DNA of 64,000 nucleotides from Oligoflexia bacterium (GTDB lineage Bacteria; Bdellovibrionota; UBA1018): NCBI GenBank assembly GCA_903898645.1, contig CAIUGE010000037.1, positions 2,055 to 66,054 of the forward strand, read 5' to 3'. Shown piece by piece: positions 61,674 to 64,000 of this stretch (position 1 is its first letter; each line of letters starts with the position of its first letter). The notes under the pieces were generated by a model. It saw only the letters and a program-made list of their open reading frames with translations, ran no database searches and was not told where the DNA came from. The position numbers and the translations under genes were made by a program.

Positions 61674-62277
61674 TAGTCATAGGGATCCTCATGATTTCGG
61701 TGCGCCGCGCATTGTTTCGTATGCACGTGATTATGGAACAGTCACTGTTCGACGAGCGCCTGAACGCGATCTCCCAGATGTCCATGAGGAGTATGATTGT
61801 GTGATTGCATCGGGATCTAAGACCTCGGCAATGGATGAGTCTGTGTGGGTACAGGAGTTAGTTGCTTTTATTGCGAGATGGACTGCAGCAAAAAAACCAT
61901 TTTTAGGCATCTGTTTTGGCCATCAGATGCTAGCGCGGGCCCTTGGGGGGGTCGTTGGTCCATCATCAACGCCTGAGTTCTGTATTTCTGATGTCTATGT
62001 AACGAATCCATCAGAATTGGCATTTGGGCTCGAATCTTCTTTTTCTGTTGTGAATGCGCATGCCCAGTGCGTACAAAGTCTTCCTCCTGGTATGGAGAAG
62101 ATCTTTGAAACAGCCCACTGTCCTTTGGCGGGGATGAGGATGGTAGGTGCGCCGATTTTTAGTGTTCAGTTCCATCCAGAACGAGCAAAATATGATTTTC
62201 CCAGCTTGCCCCAGCAAGCGCTTGAAGTACCAAGTGGTGCAAGAATTATGGAAAATTTTTTTAGGAGTTTGAGGTGA
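61654..62277 (+). CDS. Class I glutamine amidotransferase-like protein
   Basis: LGICFGHQMLARALGG and the later His region are present. Confidence 0.6.
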   Translation: MQILILDSHRDPHDFGAPRIVSYARDYGTVTVRRAPERDLPDVHEEYDCVIASGSKTSAMDESVWVQELVAFIARWTAAKKPFLGICFGHQMLARALGGVVGPSSTPEFCISDVYVTNPSELAFGLESSFSVVNAHAQCVQSLPPGMEKIFETAHCPLAGMRMVGAPIFSVQFHPERAKYDFPSLPQQALEVPSGARIMENFFRSLR

Positions 62278-63176
62278 AAAAGGTTTCGGTCCTGATCCTT
62301 AAATGTATCTTTTTTGCATGCATTGTTGCGTATCTCATCCATTCAGGCGCCCTGTCTATGCATGCACTTCGTCATGCTATGCACTTCTCGATTTTAGGAC
62401 CTGCATGTTTATTGCTGAGTTGTGGTACCCTTCTGTGTGCCTATCGCTGGCACCTCCTTTTGGGAACAGGGACTTATTGGCAGGCCTTACGCTTGAGTCT
62501 GATTGGAAATTTTTTTAATTTCACACTTCCTGGGGCTGTTACGGGGGATGTGATGAAGATTTATGCACTTGGAAAAAAAAGTCTTCCAAGTATCATTTTG
62601 GATCGGCTTTTAGGGCTGATGGCCTTGGTATGGATATCACTCAGTATGAGTCTTATGCGTCTTCATGCGCCCTACGTCCAACATTTCGTCCTGCCAGTAG
62701 CTTTACCTGTTGCACTTGGCATGTGTCTTGGATTGGTGTCGATTTTTCTACCCGATAGGCTTGACCCTTGTCTCTATCTTCGTTTTCCGAAGAAACTGTT
62801 GGGGCTCTATAGGCAGATCAAGGCGTATCGTGAAAAGCCACTTGTTTTAGCGAGTGCCTTTTTCCTGGCTCTTAGTGTCCAGCTTATTGCGGCACTTGTT
62901 TGTTATATACTAGCCAGCGGTGTGGGAGGGTATGTGACTTTGCAGGATGCTTTTCTCATGGCGCCATTGGGGTTCTTAGCGACTGCCATTCCACTTGCGC
63001 CCGGGGGGCTGGGGACCGGAAACGCTGCATTTTTGCTCCTTTTTGAAGCTGTAGGTTCTCAGCGTGGGGCTGATGTGTATAGCATCATTGCGTGCCTCAA
63101 TATTTCACTGAGTCTGCCAGGAGCATGGCTTGCTATGAGATCGCCACATCGTGCAACTTCGAGCATTCCAGCGTGA
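62274..63176 (+). CDS. Integral membrane protein (lysylphosphatidylglycerol-synthase-TM / flippase-like domain type)
   Basis: About 8 TM segments. It commonly occurs beside GT2 genes. Confidence 0.45.
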   Translation: MKKVSVLILKCIFFACIVAYLIHSGALSMHALRHAMHFSILGPACLLLSCGTLLCAYRWHLLLGTGTYWQALRLSLIGNFFNFTLPGAVTGDVMKIYALGKKSLPSIILDRLLGLMALVWISLSMSLMRLHAPYVQHFVLPVALPVALGMCLGLVSIFLPDRLDPCLYLRFPKKLLGLYRQIKAYREKPLVLASAFFLALSVQLIAALVCYILASGVGGYVTLQDAFLMAPLGFLATAIPLAPGGLGTGNAAFLLLFEAVGSQRGADVYSIIACLNISLSLPGAWLAMRSPHRATSSIPA

Positions 63177-64000
63177 AGCGCTCGCGCATCTTTATGCGCA
63201 TGATCCGCGGCATGTGCTGTGTATTGCAGCAACAGGGTCAGGTAAGAGCCTTATCTATGAAGAAGCAGCGAAGCGCTATCGTCTTTTGCTCGTGACTCCC
63301 CTTGTCGCATTGGCGCGTCAGCAGGTGGCATCGCTTGTGGCTAAGGGCATTGAGGCATCGAGTACTGATCGCAATGCTCATGTTTTTGTTGCAAGTCCCG
63401 AATCTTTAGCAAAAAAAGGACGCGTCCACGCAGATCTGCTCGTTGTGGATGAATGCCACTGTATTTGGGAGTGGGCAGAACATTTTCGTACAGATTTTGC
63501 TTTTATTCCCAACCTTATTCATGACTGGTCCATACGAAGGTCCTTGTGGCTGACAGCGACATTGCCAGCACTTGCAAAAAAACAATTATTAGCTGCAATC
63601 AAGGCTCCTGTAGTTGAAGTTGGTCACTTTGCTATGCCGCATCAAGTGGCGGTCAGGGTCATAGCATGTGCTCAGGCTGAAAAATTAGAGATACTGCGTA
63701 CTTTTCTTTCTGGTACTGAGGATCCAGGTATTATCTATGTGCATACTCGGGTTTTTGCCGAGCGTTTAACGCGTCTTTGCCAGGCTGAAGGGCGATCAGT
63801 GGCCATGTACCATGCAGGTATGGCTCGAGAAGAACGTCTTGCCATTGAAAACGCGATGCGCCAAGGGCTTTTGCGTCTTGTGATTGCAACGTCGGCATTT
63901 GGCATGGGTATGAATTATACCCAAATTCGGTTTGTCCTGATTTGGCAATCGCCTCCAAGTCTTCTTTCTTTGGTGCAGATGATGGGACGTGTTGGTCGTC
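63151..64000 (+). CDS. recQ: RecQ-family ATP-dependent DNA helicase, 5' part (runs off window)
   Basis: Frame is open to 64000. Motif I AATGSGKSL, DECH box and ...LVQMMGRVGR are present. Probable GTG start. Confidence 0.7.
   Translation, partial: MQLRAFQREALAHLYAHDPRHVLCIAATGSGKSLIYEEAAKRYRLLLVTPLVALARQQVASLVAKGIEASSTDRNAHVFVASPESLAKKGRVHADLLVVDECHCIWEWAEHFRTDFAFIPNLIHDWSIRRSLWLTATLPALAKKQLLAAIKAPVVEVGHFAMPHQVAVRVIACAQAEKLEILRTFLSGTEDPGIIYVHTRVFAERLTRLCQAEGRSVAMYHAGMAREERLAIENAMRQGLLRLVIATSAFGMGMNYTQIRFVLIWQSPPSLLSLVQMMGRVGR

Noticed and set aside
63092-63295. 67-aa ORF at the 3' end of the membrane-protein gene
   Set aside because: It is out of frame relative to the recQ reading frame, which carries clear helicase motifs through to the end of the window.
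1-64000. Looked for CRISPR arrays and rRNA/tRNA genes across the window
   Set aside because: There are no regularly spaced direct repeats of 25 to 40 nt and no rRNA-like conserved blocks. No convincing tRNA cloverleaf was found by eye. Absence cannot be proven without tRNAscan or Infernal.

Overview
This 64-kb window is mostly core chromosome of a diderm (LPS-producing) bacterium with roughly 50% GC, and it carries several accessory insertions that look host-directed. From the start it reads through a cell-wall/division (dcw) gene cluster: the 3' end of ftsI, then murE, mraY, murD, ftsW, murG, murC and murB, and after a gap ftsQ-like, ftsA and ftsZ. Two things stand out in that cluster. murF and ddl are missing from their usual places. 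The cluster is also broken twice. A roughly 2-kb insert between ftsI and murE holds a zeta-toxin-like P-loop protein and a small overlapping ORF. A roughly 9-kb mosaic island sits between murB and ftsQ. The island carries a tandemly triplicated family of signal-peptide proteins with a conserved C-terminal Cys-rich (CxxC...CPxC) domain, and each unit was duplicated together with a fragment of the murB 3' end. It also carries an IS630-family transposase remnant, a pair of secreted M16 zinc peptidases, a protein with 54-nt tandem repeats (Pro/Ala-rich), and two small secreted proteins. Housekeeping genes downstream are mglA (a Ras-like GTPase, with no mglB), recR, dnaX, ogt, mltG, rho, rpmE, prfA, prmC, murA, an AONS/serine-palmitoyltransferase-family enzyme next to a two-lobed GNAT-like acyltransferase, ruvCAB and lpxC. 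The lpxC gene is followed by an array of small beta-barrel outer-membrane-protein paralogs, one N-terminally truncated, plus a remnant. After those come a MATE transporter, trmL, asnS and pepA. The strongest host-interaction signal is a tandem pair of secreted MYND zinc finger + SET domain (SMYD-like) lysine-methyltransferase-like genes, one of them frameshifted, next to a Ser/Gly-rich fibre-like ORF flanked by short direct repeats. The final stretch holds a sugar phosphotransferase, LptF/G, rodZ, a TPR lipoprotein, rlmD, and lepA followed by a signal-peptidase-I homolog whose catalytic Ser/Lys appear to be replaced. It ends with an Ala-Pro/His-rich small secreted protein, an LPS-core glycosyltransferase cluster (GT9 plus three GT2), a GATase1 protein, an LPG-synthase-TM-like membrane protein and the 5' part of recQ. 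I could not support any rRNA or tRNA gene or CRISPR array from the sequence. Start codons are approximate throughout, because the ORF track reports GTG/TTG starts as M.
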